NCBI GenBank assembly: GCA_030390025.1
Contig: CM059432.1
Location: 133,178,001 to 133,242,000 of the forward strand
From: Squalus acanthias
Taxonomy: Eukaryota
Reading direction: 5' to 3'
Length of the DNA: 64,000 nucleotides
The position numbers and the translations under genes are program-made. Below are positions 12,441-24,996 of the stretch, piece by piece. How positions within the stretch are numbered: position 1 is the first letter of the stretch; each line of letters begins with the position of its first letter. The notes below the pieces were generated by a model, which worked only from the letters and a program-made list of their open reading frames with translations, searched no databases and was not told the origin of the DNA.

Positions 12441-12707
12441 TGTATCCCAAAATGGTATTTTCTGATTTGCATTTCAATGAGTGACCCTCTTCTGAGTGTC
12501 AAAAAGCTTTGCATCCTCAAAACTATTGTCTTCCGACACTAACAGAAGTGTGGATGGCAAGACTGGCACAAAAAGACTGCCAAGACAGATTAAAATGTTT
12601 AAAGAATCTCTAGGAACGATTTATTACCTGTTGGAATGAGACTCCACAGCTTCATTGGTCCCTTTATGGGACCCCAAGGTTGAGTGCCATGTCACCACTA
12701 TAAATCA

Positions 12708-12854
12708 TGATGCGGAGATGCCGGTGTTGGACTGGGGTGGACAAAATTGAGAGGTCGCACAACACCAGGTTATAGTCCAACAGTTTTATTTGAAGCTTGT
12801 GATTTCAAATAAAACTGTTGGACTAACCTGGTGTTGTGCGACCTCTCAATTTTG
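12708..12854. mobile_element. Penelope terminal-repeat-derived hairpin insertion with 14-bp TSD
   Basis: ACCACTATAAATCA at 12694-12707 and 12855-12868; inverted arms 12742-12794 and 12804-12854; related fragment at ~13697-13737. Confidence 0.8.
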
Positions 12855-12912
12855 ACCACTATAAATCACATCATTAATAGGGTCCTCTACGACATTAATT
12901 ACCAATTTTAAA

Positions 12913-13196
12913 TCCTCCAATTCTGGCCTCTTGAGCATCCTCGATTTTAATCGCTCTACCACTGACCGCCGTGCCTTCAGCTGCCTAGGCCCTAAGCTCT
13001 GGAATTCCCTTCCTAAAGCTCTCTGCCTCTTTACTTCTCTATCCTTCTTTTAAGACGTTCCTTGAAACCTACCTCATCTGCCCTAATATATCCTTATGTG
13101 GCTCGGTGTCAAATTTTGTTTGATAACGCTCCTATGAAGCGCCTTGGGACATTTTACTACGTTAAAAGCATTGTATAAATACAAGTTGTTGTTGTT
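12913..13196 (+). mobile_element. L2 LINE 3' end
   Basis: Same family as 7613; (TTG)n tail. Confidence 0.85.
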
Positions 13197-14014
13197 GGCT
13201 GCGGCATGGACATTACATCGTAATTTGAGCAGTTTCACAATTGCCGTTGAGTTCAATGGGGAGCCTTATGGTGAGAAGGGACTTTTATTGGCTTTGCCGA
13301 GACTATTGGCGGGACGACGCAAATAGTCCAGCAATTTGTGGACAATCTGAAGTCATGGCGTATCCCTTTTATTCCGCAAATTGCTGGATTTTTTATGAAT
13401 TAATAATGGGGTGAGACATTAATGCATCAGTCTAATGGTATGACTTCCCAACAATTTCTTGCCCATTACCTTTGGAAATCCAGGCATTTGTAACTGCTTG
13501 TAAATTAGAGGTCAGCAAATAACTTGTACATTTCAGGCTCCAAGTTAATAAATGGGTTTCTATCTTTTTACAAAAAAAAACTGATTTGCCTCTCTATCAA
13601 GTGTGACGTCTGGAATGTGACAGCTGCATACTAGATGCAAGACTGTTGATGAATAACTAGCCGATCTCCCATGGCATTGCTCATAGTGAGTCAAATCTGT
13701 TGGACTATAACCTGGTGTTGTGCGACTTCTCATTTTGGTTTTATAATAGAAAGGGTGTTTTGCCAAGTAAGACATATCAGGCCCATTGGTGTACAGTGAC
13801 AAATAAGCCAAATTCCACTTTTAATACAAGGTTTTCTTGGATTTCGAAGCGTGCTTTGGAGTTCAAATTTCATGACTGTCCATTCTCTATGACATAAATT
13901 GGTCTTGTTAGAGGCCATTTGTAAGAAACAGCTGCGGAATTCTACATGGGAAGAAGGGTGATATGAACAAAAATTGGGTTCTAAACTCCAGATCTGTGAG
14001 TTATTTAAAAAAAA

Positions 14015-14140
14015 TTGTTCTGGGGATGTGGGCAATGGTGGCAAGGCTGGCATTTATTTCCCATCTAGCCTTGAGAAGGTGGTGGTGGGCTGCCTTCTTG
14101 AACCACTGCAGACCTTATGGTGACAGTGCTCCCACAATGA
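14015..14140 (-). mobile_element. L2/Crack-group LINE 3' tip
   Basis: Matches the reverse complement of 35900-36040. Confidence 0.75.
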
Positions 14141-14144
14141 TTAG

Positions 14145-14365
14145 GGTTCAACATATCCTTCTATTCCTTTCTCCCTCGTGTGTTTATCCAGCTTCCCCTT
14201 AAATGCATCGACGCTATTTGCCTCAACTACTCCTTGTGGTAGCGAGTTCCACATTCTAACCACCCTCTGGGTGAAGAAGTTGCTCCTGAATTCCCTGTTG
14301 GATTTATTAGTGACTGTCTTATATTGATGGCCCTTAGTTTTGGTCCTGCTCACAAGTGGAAATGA
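14145..14365 (-). mobile_element. CR1 LINE 3' fragment
   Basis: RTKTKGHQYK...FFTQRVVRMWNSLPQGVVEA. Confidence 0.9.
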
Positions 14366-14842
14366 GGTTAAAATTGCTGCAGGTTTTGAGCTGCCGTACA
14401 TAGTTTTAAGATGTCCTTTGCACTTTTTAATTTGTACTGTGGGTAGGGAGAGGTTTTTAATCACCATTCTCACTGATGATGGGGATTTGCTGAAAAGGAT
14501 CTCCCTAGCAACGGAAAAACCTGCATTTATAACAATATTCAGCAGGGTTTATTTTGAACAATACCGGTTTTCCGAGCTGGGGATATTTTCTTAAGTAATT
14601 CCTCAACCCCCCCCACCCCCCCATTGCTGCCACCTTCACCACAATCAGACATGGAACCCCAACATCCCATCTTGATTGGGGGGGAGGGCATTACTCCAGT
14701 GGATTTCCCCAGCACACTCACCTGGGGAAATTATCCATCCCATCTCATCCCATAACACTGGCACACAACCAATCTACTGAAACCAACTGGTGTGGCTGTC
14801 AGGGTAATAAGCTATTTGAAATGCAGGTTGTTCTTCTATCCT

Positions 14843-14856
14843 CCACTAGATGGCAC
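14843..14856 (+). promoter_or_regulatory. Consensus CTCF core motif
   Basis: CCACTAGATGGCAC in non-repeat sequence; motif match only. Confidence 0.5.
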
Positions 14857-15079
14857 TGTTACTTCTTTTTTAAAGGATTACAAAGAATACCCGTTGTTCC
14901 TGCTTCCTCCAGCGGCAGCGCTGTGCCCTCCATCAACCTGTTATAACAAAGACAGCTGAAAGATATAATCGCTGGACTCCCCTCTATGATCCCGGCCAAA
15001 ATCAGGTGGGATAGCAGCAGAAAATGAAGGAAACTTTGGCCAGTAAGGCCTACTGCCGCCTCAGCACCAAATCTGCATT

Positions 15080-15303
15080 TCCTTCAGCCTGTCCATCCTT
15101 TCCTGATATGTATACCCTCGCACTTCTGGTATCATCCTTGTAAATCTTCTCTGCACCCTCTCCAGTGCCTCTATATCCTTTTTATAATATGGCGACCAGA
15201 ACTGTACGCAGTACTCTAAGTGTGGTCTAACCATTGAACTCATTGAAGTCATTGAATGGCAGAACAGGCTTGAGGGGTTGAATGGCTTCCTCCTGTTCCT
15301 ATT
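15080..15303. mobile_element. CR1 fragments (minus-strand RT piece 15080-15233; plus-strand tail piece ~15250-15303)
   Basis: VRPHLEYCVQFWSPYYKKDIEALERVQRRFTR; GAATGGCAGAACAGGCTTGAGGGG. Confidence 0.85.
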
Positions 15304-15699
15304 TTAGTTTTCAATAAGACACCAGTTGAATTTTGAAGCCAACTAATTATCTCACATGTTTTGTTGAATGTTAGAAAAGGTCAAAACTATTTGCATACAC
15401 CGATGTAACAGATGTTCTAATTTCAAACTCCTATGAGATGGTAGTGGGGGGGGAGAGAGAAAGAAAGAGAGAGAGAGAAAGAGAAAGAAAAACACAAACA
15501 GAAAGTAAGGCAGATAGGCAGTTCTTTCCTTAATTTATTTGATTTCTGTTCTTTTAAATTTGAATTTTTGAAACAGACAAAGCCTCCTTGAGGGCAACAG
15601 TTAGGAAGGTCGGGTAAGACAGAGAGGGCAAGAGAGAAACTTTCTCCTCTTTTTGTCCTTTCTACTTAATCTCTCACTCACCAACTCACACACTCAGCA

Positions 15700-15980
15700 T
15701 GACAAACTGGTGGTGCATTGTGCAGCCACGTATCTGCTGCTGCTTATCCTTGCCACAATGTGCTAACCCTTGTCTCTGTCCCCTTTTTCCAGGCCCATCA
15801 GGTGCTGTGGGCTGAGCAGGAGCACAATCTGAGGGCGACAACTTTCCCAAAGGTACATCATCACTCGCACTCACCCTTTCAAGCACCCTGTGTGGGGTAC
15901 TGGTAGTGAGTTAGAGGGACCTGTACTGGATGATTCAATGAGCACAAGTGAGGAAGAGCAGGTGTAGGTGGAAAGGAAGA
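15700..15980 (+). mobile_element. Possible downstream-exon relic of a Harbinger Myb gene
   Basis: Acceptor TTTTTCCAG followed by a decayed acidic Ser/Thr-rich stretch; resemblance from memory only. Confidence 0.25.
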
Positions 15981-16029
15981 CCCAGGAAACAGCTCACTGG
16001 AGTATATAAATGCAAGTGTTATTTTTAAT

Positions 16030-16245
16030 GGCCCCGAATTTCCGATCGGAGGCTTCCTGTGGGCCTTACACCTGCTTTTACCTGCTTTTACCAGGCGCAA
16101 GAATTCTATGGCCTTTCAGCGGGCGGAAGTTGTGCAAAAAACGCGACTCTCCACCCGCGGCAGCACGTTTCCCGGGCAGGCGGATGACCTGTCAAGAGAA
16201 TTCTTGACAGAGCGCAAGTGCTGGTTTTCAGCGCATGCTCTTCGC
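16030..16245 (+). mobile_element. MITE family A, internally deleted copy
   Basis: Left TIR joined directly to TTTTACCAGGCG...CTGTCAAGAGAATTCTTGACAG...TTTTCAGCGCATGC. Confidence 0.7.
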
Positions 16246-16312
16246 CCGATATAAAAGTTCAACTCTAGCTTGTTTGAAGGAAATCCAGAAATGACGCAGA
16301 TGCCCCAATGTG

Positions 16313-16661
16313 TCACCATCGGAGGTGCCGACCTTCGGATGAGATGTTAAACCGAGGCCCCGTCTGCTCTCTCAGGTGGACGTAAAAGATCCCACGGCAC
16401 TATTTCGAAGAAGAGCAGGGGAGTTCTCCCCGGTGTCCTGGCCAATATTTATCCCTCAATTAGCATCACTAAAAAAAAACAGATTATCTGGTCATCATCT
16501 CATTGCTGTTTGTGGGGCCTTGCTGTGCACAAGTTGGCTGCCGCGTTTCCTACATTACAACAGTGACTACACCTCAAAAAGTACTTCATTGGCTGTAAAG
16601 CGCTTTGGGACGTCCTGAGGTCATGAAGTCCCTATATAAATGTAAGTCTTCCTTTTCTTTT
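16313..16661 (+). mobile_element. SacSINE1-like SINE, 5'-truncated
   Basis: Aligns with 8515-8852. Confidence 0.9.
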
Positions 16662-17319
16662 AGTAAAATACACTGATATTATTTAGCAATGGACTGATTG
16701 CACCACATATGATCTAAAAATTGTAAATATTTCAAAATGGATTATTTCTTATGAATAAATAATCCATTTTAAATAGCAGCAAACAGTTTAGAAAATGTTT
16801 TGGTTGAGCCTTTAGAGCATTAGCAAATTTCAATTATTTTCATGGAATAAAATAAACTTGCGCTGTTCTGTGGGATTTCTCAAGGGATCAGAGTGAGTCA
16901 CAACTGCGAAAGCCTTGAACACATTTGTATATATCGTTCTTCGTGTGCTTTTCTTTCTCAGTTTGATTTTCAAGCATGTCCTGAGGGAATGCTTCCTGAA
17001 ATCAAAGTGAGAGTCTCTGAGTGGATATTAAATATGGGTGTTATAAGTAAAATCGCATCAGTGCCAACCTACAGCAAAGCTCTCTATGGGACTAGGGAAT
17101 ATCACCTCTCATAACATGATATTCCTTTGCTCATTTCACCAGAGATCTAATGTTCGAACCAAATCTAATTTCAGCATCCATGCTGTAGGGGGCGCTGATG
17201 CTAATTTATTAATAACACTCCTTTAATCAATGGACAGAAGACTCGGGCCAGGTGTATAACGGGCGGCAAATCCGATATCACCTGCCTTACGCCATCGTCA
17301 CAAGTCAAAGTTTACTCCC

Positions 17320-18229
17320 TTTTATAAGATCCCAGTGGGACCCTTGGTTCCAAATGATTCGAGGTTGACCCGTATTGGGGACAGTGATTTCACTTTATTC
17401 AGCACGAGCAAGACTTAATACATTACAGTATTCGAGCAGCAGTTTACAGAGAATAATTGAGACTTATATTACCACTTATACTCTGGGTAGAAGCCGCAAC
17501 CGTGAGTAGGCTGCGCCCTGTGTCTCTTGTCTCTCTCTCTCTCTCTCTCTCTGTCTCCCGGGTGTCTCTTTGAGTCGTCCTGAAATCTCTTGCTCCTGAG
17601 ATCTTCTACTCCTGAAATCTTCTACAATTTGTGGCTGTTAAGACCCCCTTCTTATACCCTTACTCTCATTCAAAACCTCTGGAATCCTCCTGAACCAATC
17701 ACTGGCTGATCCCCAAACCCAAAATTCAATCATAAAGATGCCACGTTTGTAGCACCCTGGCTTACGCAGGTTTTTAGTCTGATGACACTCTTACGTCATC
17801 TGTGTTTGACCATCAAGACTCATATCTGGGGTAGTCATGGCAACACAAAAGGAATATGCCTCCATGGGTTGAGATACGGCCCCTGCTGTTGGCCTTTGTT
17901 TTTATTCACTGCGGATGTTATAACATTCCAGCACAGTGGTAACTACAGCTAACCTTGGTTCCCAGGCTAACTGCAGTCTATTCAACCATGGCAATCTCTT
18001 TCTCACCCCAGGTTGTCTGGTTACAGCTCACTCACAGACTTTTAAGGATAAGAAAAAGGGTTACATGTTATACATAATTCAGGTTATACTTGCATGCAGT
18101 TGATTACAAACTTCTACATTTAATCCTTACACACAATTATAGATCTATTACTGATGATTATAAGATATTAATGGTTATAAGATAGTAAAGCAAGTATTCT
18201 AAAAACCAACTAACATGTAATTCATAACA
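17320..18229 (-). mobile_element. Probable 3' LTR (ERV or Gypsy) preceded by a polypurine tract
   Basis: Minus strand: purine-rich GAGATAAGAGGCAGGGACCGGAGGAAT then TGTTAT; CCAAT box ~17696, TATAAG ~17651-17656 and AATAAA ~17394-17399 in LTR order; far end TTTTATAAG is an imperfect inverted match. Confidence 0.55.
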
Positions 18230-18315
18230 ATTCCTCCGGTCCCTGCCTCTTATCTCAGTCTCTGGAATTCCATTAATTCTCTCAACTTTTCTCACAGACT
18301 GACTGTCGCTTTATT

Positions 18316-19040
18316 ACCAAAACTGTGCACAATACTCCAGGTGTGGTCTCACCAGGGCCCTGTATAATTGCAGTAAGACATCTTTACTCTTATACTCAAA
18401 TCCTTTTGTAATAAAGGCCAACATACTATTTGCTTTTTTAATTGCTTGCTGTACCTGCATGTTAACTTTCTGTGATTCATGTATAAAGACACCCAGGTCC
18501 CTCTGAACACCAACATTTCCCAATCTCTCACCATTTAAAAAATACTCTGCTTTTCTATTTTTCCTAGCAAAGTGGATAACTTCACATTTCTCCACATTAT
18601 ATTCCATTTGCCATGTTCTTGCCCACTCACTTAGCCTGCCTCTTTGTATCCTCCTCACAACTTACATTCCCACCTAGCTTTGTATCATCAGCAAACTTGG
18701 ATATATTACATTTGGTCCCCTCATCCAAATTATTGATATAGATTGTGAATAGCTGAGGCCCAAGCACTGATCCTTGCAGTACCCCACTAGTTACAGCCAG
18801 CCAACCCGAAAATGACCCATTTATTCCTACTTATCGGCTTTCAGTCCCATTCATTTCTCCAGTACTATGTTTTTACTAATACTAATTTTTTCAGTTCCTC
18901 ATTCTCGCTAGGCCCTTGGTTCTCCACTATTTCCGGGAGGTTTTTTGCGTCTTCTTCCGTGAAGACAGACACAAAGTATTTGTTTAATTTCTCTGCCATT
19001 TCCTTATTCCCATTATAATTTCTCCTGTCTCAGCCTGCAA
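18316..19040 (-). mobile_element. CR1 ORF2 internal fragment with deletions
   Basis: WQMEYNVEKCEVIHF...LVRPHLEYCAQFW; KFADDTKLGG; fused to an upstream LNKYFVSVFT segment. Confidence 0.92.
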
Positions 19041-19042
19041 GG

Positions 19043-19175
19043 CGTCGGTTTAACATCTCATCCGAAAGACAGCAGTGGAGTGTCAGTCTAGATTTTGTGT
19101 TCAAGTTTCATGGAATGGGACTTAGAACCCACAACCTTCTGGCTGAGAGGTGAGGGTGCTCCCAACTGAGCCAAG
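19043..19175 (-). mobile_element. SacSINE1-like SINE 5' fragment
   Basis: Reverse complement of the SINE head. Confidence 0.75.
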
Positions 19176-19316
19176 TTGATAATCAAGGTTAAAAGTCAAC
19201 ACTAAATCCTATAATTGAATTCCTTACCTACCAACTGTAGGTATAGTGCTAGTACCAGAAAGTACCTGAGTTTTGCACATTTCCAGCACACAGATGGAAG
19301 ACATTTTAGTTACCTT

Positions 19317-19974
19317 GGGCCGTAATTTGGGGCCCCTACTGGTGCGTACGAGGTGCGCATGTGCCCGTAGGGGCTGCGCAAGTGCCGGGTTTAGGCATGT
19401 GAAGCGCATGCGCTAAAACCTGGAACTTGCGATCTGTCAAGAATTCTCTTGACAGGTCCTCCGCATCCCCAGGAGAAGGGCCTCTGCGGGCGGAGAGTTG
19501 AGCTATTTGCCCAAATTCTGCCCAGTGAATGCCTGTGAAATTCTTACACCTGGTTATTTATAGTTCCTCTAAAACAATTACATTTATTTTTCAAAACATT
19601 AAATTTTTGTTTTAAATGGTTAATTATATTGTATTATAATTAATTTCAAATATGTAATTTAAAAAAATGTATTTATGTTAAATGTATTTTTAATGTCATC
19701 CCCATTCATGCTTATGGAGATTCAGTCCAAACGGAATCCTTATAAGCATGAATGGGGATTCCCTTGTTTGATTGGTTGGGCTGGCCCACGTGATCCCAGG
19801 GATGCGTGCGAACTGCCTGCGCCCCTGGGATATGTGGGCCTTTGCGCGGGCCTACGTGTAAAGGCCCAGGAGCGCGAGTCTCCGTGGCTCCTGAGGCAGA
19901 AGGTAAGTTCGTAGATTTTCTGCTGGTCAGAGGCATCCGTCCGCGGGAAGTCTCCGACCAGCAAATTCAGCCCC
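19317..19974 (-). mobile_element. MITE family A relative
   Basis: TIR GGGCCGTAATTTG / CAAATTCAGCCCC; same hairpin modules in reverse order. Confidence 0.75.
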
Positions 19975-20107
19975 AATGACTGCACAATCACACTAATGTG
20001 TGACAACAGAATTTTACGTGAAAGGATTTATTAAAGCAGCAGTTATATTAATTAGTGTTCATGAAGGAATAACGAAAACTTTTGTTGACATTTTTTTGGA
20101 AAAAAAA

Positions 20108-20643
20108 GGGGCAGAAATTCCATTGGCCAGTCTGGCGAAATCCTGCCGTAACTCCAGTGGGAGTTCACCGGAGCGGCTGCAAACTCCGCGATCTGGATAC
20201 ACTGGGTTCCGGCCTGGCGTTGGGGGTTTCGGCGAGGCCTTGTAAAGGTAGGAGCCTCTGCCTGCCCCCTTACAAGCCCAGTGATGTGGAGGGGGTGGGC
20301 TTGTGGGTTGGGGAGTCCCTAGGCTGGGAGTTTTTGACATTGTGAAAGTAGGCCTCACACACTGGGGCTTCAAGCCTAGATCATGGCTTGGACCCCCAAC
20401 ATGGAGTTCAGTCTCGTATTTCCAGGGAGGCTCCAACATGCCTCTTTCCCAAGCCAGGCCAGTAATGCTGCGTTTTGAAGCACTGCGGTGCAGCAGGCAT
20501 CTAAGATGTGCTCGCATTGGTGCGGGTACCCACAAGCCCAATGTTAATTAGATTCCCTTCTCTGCATCCCAGGTACTCCAGCGGAGTCAACACTGGATGT
20601 CAACAGAAGGTGCAAATTGATATGAGTGCTGCGATTGTGGCCC
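20108..20643. mobile_element. GC-rich MITE-like element
   Basis: GGGGCAGAAATTC start, degenerate ATTGTGGCCC end; repeated ACTCCAGYGG(G)AGT hairpin motif. Confidence 0.45.
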
Positions 20644-22008
20644 TTGTCATGATGGCCCTAAAATCTTTTATTAAATGAACATTTAGAAGAAAAAATGGAT
20701 TTCTCAACTTTGTAAAATTTTTCTGCCACGTATGTTCAGTGGAAAGTAATCTTTTACCATTTTTTGGTTCGCAATCATGTTTATTTTGATGAAAAGGCTG
20801 AGCAACTATGAACAGCCATTGGAGGAGTCCAATCGTGGAGGACTCCCTGCTCCTCTCTCATGGTCGTCTCTTCCTGCACAATCCCAACCTGACCCCCAAA
20901 ACACTTGTGGTACAGAGAGGCCGTTTGTGCTTGTACCCACTTGCCCAATTCGGAGAATGGGGGGAACGGTATTGGTGGTGCACATCTGGGTCTTGGACAC
21001 TCAGTATACACCACAGAAAACAAAATGATGTAACGCAAATGTGGAAAAAAAACCCACACAATATAAATATATATTTTTAAGAAGTTTAAAAAGAAAATTA
21101 AATTATAAAATCCAAATGGCCTTGAGGCGGGAACCATTCCATTATATTTTTGGGCAGAAATACTAAAGCAGTCCTCATTCACAATTGTGATGTATAAGTG
21201 GCGTTATTTATACATCTGAGCAAACTTATATCATTGAAAGAGGGATCAAGGCTAAGAGAGAAATACAGATTTTTCACAACTTCAATACCTACTTTGTGGT
21301 CTTACGAGAGTTGTTGCTGTAGACTTGGAAAGGATAATATGGTGCAATAAAAAAATAATATTAATAAGTAAAACAATAAACATCCAAACCCAAAATACAA
21401 ATCCTTTCTTTGTCCCCTGCCAGAGCGATTACTGTTGCACCAAAAGCTGCTCGTCCAACTTTTAATTGCTGGCTCGTCAATTCGGGACTCATTTAAATGC
21501 CAGAATAAATGATTTGATTTTTATTGGGATGCAGTAGAAGGAAAGTGTTGCTTCACTGAGTGGCAGCTTAGCATATTTGAACCAGGGCAATTATTATGTC
21601 AAACTCGCAGGCTTTAAAATGCTCAAAGCTTTGTGTGCTCACCTTAAATGATTTATGCACTTGAAGTACCGCGCTGTCTTAACAACTAGAGGGGGGAAAA
21701 GAAAGAAGAGCTTCCATTTCAAATCTCCTGCAAGTCTGCTTCTGCAGCTGACAACGCGCCAGCTCAGAGCCACGCCACATCGCCTGGAGGGGAAAGCTCT
21801 AAAACTCCAAGGTTGAGTATTAACCGGATTCGACACACGAGATCATCAGGTAGTGACTGACTAATTTACAATTACTGCAGCTGCTGGATTTTGCAGAACA
21901 TAACCTCCGTCTTTGCACGGACAGTGGAACGGGAATTCCATTTTATTTTTTTACACAGAAAAGGAAGAGAAAACTCAAAGGCAACACCACAGGAGTAGCC
22001 CAGTAACG

Positions 22009-22380
22009 AAAGAAAGAACGAAAGAGAGACTTGCATTTATATAGCGCCTTTCACGACCACCGGACCTCCCAAAGCCGCTTTACAGCCAATGAAGTACTTT
22101 TGAAGTGGAGTCACTGTTGTAATGTAGGAAACGCGGCAGCCAATTTGTACACAGCAAGATCCCACAAACAGCAATGTGGTAATGACCAGATAATCTGTTT
22201 TAGTGATGTTGGTTGAGGGATAAATATTGGCCCCAGGACACCGGGGATAACTCCCCTGCTCTTCTTCGAAATAGTGCCTTGGGATCTTTTACGTCCACCT
22301 GAGAGAGCAGACGGGGCCTCGGTTTAATGTCTCATCCGAAAGACGGCACCTCCGACAGTGCAGCACTCCCTCAGCACTGC
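22009..22380 (-). mobile_element. SacSINE1-like SINE, 5'-truncated
   Basis: Reverse complement of 8490-8852; CpG-rich, so probably young. Confidence 0.92.
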
Positions 22381-24039
22381 AATGATGGATGAGTAAATAT
22401 TTAGCGACGTGACAGTCTAAGCTTGCTTAATGCTAATGTATCTACGGGGGCCATCTGATCTGAGTCATATTAAAAAGAAAACCGCATGGACCATTACCCG
22501 AGGCCCTCCTTGGACAGATATAGGTTTCAACACCTAAAGATATCAATCAAATCCACGCTGAAGTGACGAAAACTATCAATCAAGTCTTTATTGAATTCAG
22601 TATTGAATCAATGTCACGGCAATAGGGCGACTGTACATTTTTACAACTTCAAGGTCTTTGAAAATTTTGGAACTTTATGTTAATTGAGCAATAAAGTCTG
22701 AAATTAAACTCCTTTTGAAACCTTGTATGTAATTATTAATATGCATATCTAATGTTGGAACTTTTAGATAATGTGTAGGAATTGCTGCACCTTTGATGAG
22801 GTCTTTCTGGGAAACTGACTTTATTTAAAAGATTAGGCAAAAAACGTGAAATAAACGGACATTTTGTGACTGTACAGATCCAGGAAAAAGTTTTAAACGT
22901 ATGTCTGAAATGCAAAACAGAGCAGCATTTTTTTTTCCAAACTTCCACCTGGTTGTCTAGTCCCATTTCCTTCTCTCCATCTCTTTCCTGGTCTCCATGC
23001 ATTCTCTGTCAGTGTATATATCCCTGCCTGTCTTCAAACACTGTGTACAAGGAAACCACGGGGCCCATTCCCAGATGTACCGGACCGCCTGTCCAATGGC
23101 AATGGAGAGAGGCCTGAATCATTTTCATGGTTCGGCCTCATTTCAATCTGGTCGATGAGCTGCCAGTGCTCAACTAGTGCTGACAGGCAGCTCACCTATG
23201 GGGGGGACGGAGTGGGGTGGTGGTGAAAACCAGCAGCTGGTCCACTAGCTGAGCCAGAAATCATTGCTTAAATGGTGGTGGGGAAAGTAAGAAATCTGGG
23301 AGGGGGGCTGGCAGAGGGCTGTAGGATTTTGTGAGGACAGAAGGAGCATTCATGCTCTTCCTGAAACCACATAAATCAATGCCGCAGGCTTTTTTTGAAG
23401 CCTCTTCGGAGCGGCTCGCTTTAAGTCTCTTTAAAGACTGCTGGGTCGGCCACACAAAATTTGTGACCTAAATAAAGGCCCCTGCCTGTTTCGGGTGTGA
23501 GCACTGGCCGCTCATTTTGAGGCCCACTTAAAAATTGAGTCAGGCAAGCCTGGGGGTGGTAGTTTTAAAAAAAGATCATCTGCCTTCTGCCCCATTTTCC
23601 AGTAGGAAGGGGGCGGTTGGCAGATGAAATAATCTCCCCATTAGTCAACAGATACTCCAAGATATGCCTTCTCACCATGTCAATATAGTCACTCGTACCT
23701 TCATATAAAAGTGACAGACTTCATAAAATTTCAGTTACGTTCACTTTGAAAATGAATCTCAACATATTTTTTTTAAAAGAATCATATTTTCCTTGTCTAC
23801 TGACACATTATTGCTGCCCCTTCACCATCTGAACTATTTCCTTTGCCGGATCACTCACTCCTCCAGAATTGCCCAGGAATCTGCAGGATTTAATGATTAA
23901 TCTCTTGGACACTGCTGTGAGCAACCGGGGAGAAAAATCACAGGCGCATTAAAAATAAATTGTGTATTTTTCTCATTTTCCGTGAACACTTTTGTTTATT
24001 AGTTGCTAAAACATTGGTGGTGGGGCGAAAAGGCTGTTT

Positions 24040-24548
24040 GACCTTGAGAGAGGGTGCAGAAAAGATTCACGAGAAAGATTCCAGGGATGAGGGACTTCAG
24101 TTACGTGGATAGACTGGAGAAGCTGGTGTTGTTCTCCTTGGAGCAGAGAAAGTTGAGAGGAGATTTGATAGAGGTGTTCAAAATCATGAGGGATCTAGAC
24201 AGAGTAGATAGAGAGAAACTGCTCCCATTGGCGAAGGGTCGAGAACCAGAGGACACAGATTTAAGGTGATTGGCAAAGAACCAAAGGCGATATAAGAAAA
24301 AAAACTTTTTTACGCAGCGAGTGGTTAGGATCTGGAATGCACTGCCTGAAAGGGTGGTGGAGGCAGACTCAATCGTGGCTTTCAAGAGGGAGTTGGATAA
24401 GTACCTGAAAGAAAAAAAAATCGCAGGGCTACAGGGAAAGGGCGGGGGAGTGGGACTAGCTGAAGTGCTCTTGCAGAGAGCCGGCATGGGCTCGACAGGC
24501 CGAACGGTCTCATTCCGTGCTGTAATCATTCTATGATTCTATGATTCA
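24040..24548 (+). mobile_element. CR1 LINE 3' fragment
   Basis: VQKRFTRKIPG...LRGDLIEVFKI...FFTQRVVRIWNALPERVVEA; (ATTCTATG)n tail. Confidence 0.95.
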
Positions 24549-24996
24549 GATTTCCAAGCCTGGGTGTTATTCAGTCACCCCTGCTGGAAAGTGTAATTGT
24601 TTGGCTGGTAGGTGAGGAAAGGGTTGGGATCCTCTGTGATGCCTCCATGATAGAATTGCTCTTGAGCAAGGTTCCAGCAGGTAGCCATTAACCTTGGAAC
24701 CATACTGTAGTACGAGTCTGTGCTTCAGTCAAAGAGGGGAGAAGATTGGGGGAAGGTGGGAGGCATGGAACAGAAAATAATTTTGCCCGGATAATAATCT
24801 TCACTTTTTTCCCTCTGAACCCAAGCATCTCAGTTACATTCGTTGAATCCTGACTACATCATGCACCTGGCTGTACATCCCTAGATCTAGAATTTCATTC
24901 TTTTATTCCCTCCAGTTTCAAATACTATTAAGCTTCTGCCAGACGTTTGAAACAAAACAACTATCTCTGCTGATTTACTTGAAAGCGGCAATAAAT

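Larger units (their letters stand above)
11650..13464 (+). mobile_element. Harbinger-like MITE family B hosting nested insertions
   Basis: TIR GGGCCAGAAATTGTTG / CAACAATTTCTTGCCC (15/16); shares GGAATGAGACTCCACA and a purine-rich core with the copy near 59.6-60.3 kb. Confidence 0.65.

Noticed and set aside
17778..17800. Hammerhead or C/D-box RNA at CTGATGA
   Set aside because: No stem II/GAAA or partner box; lies inside the LTR-like sequence.
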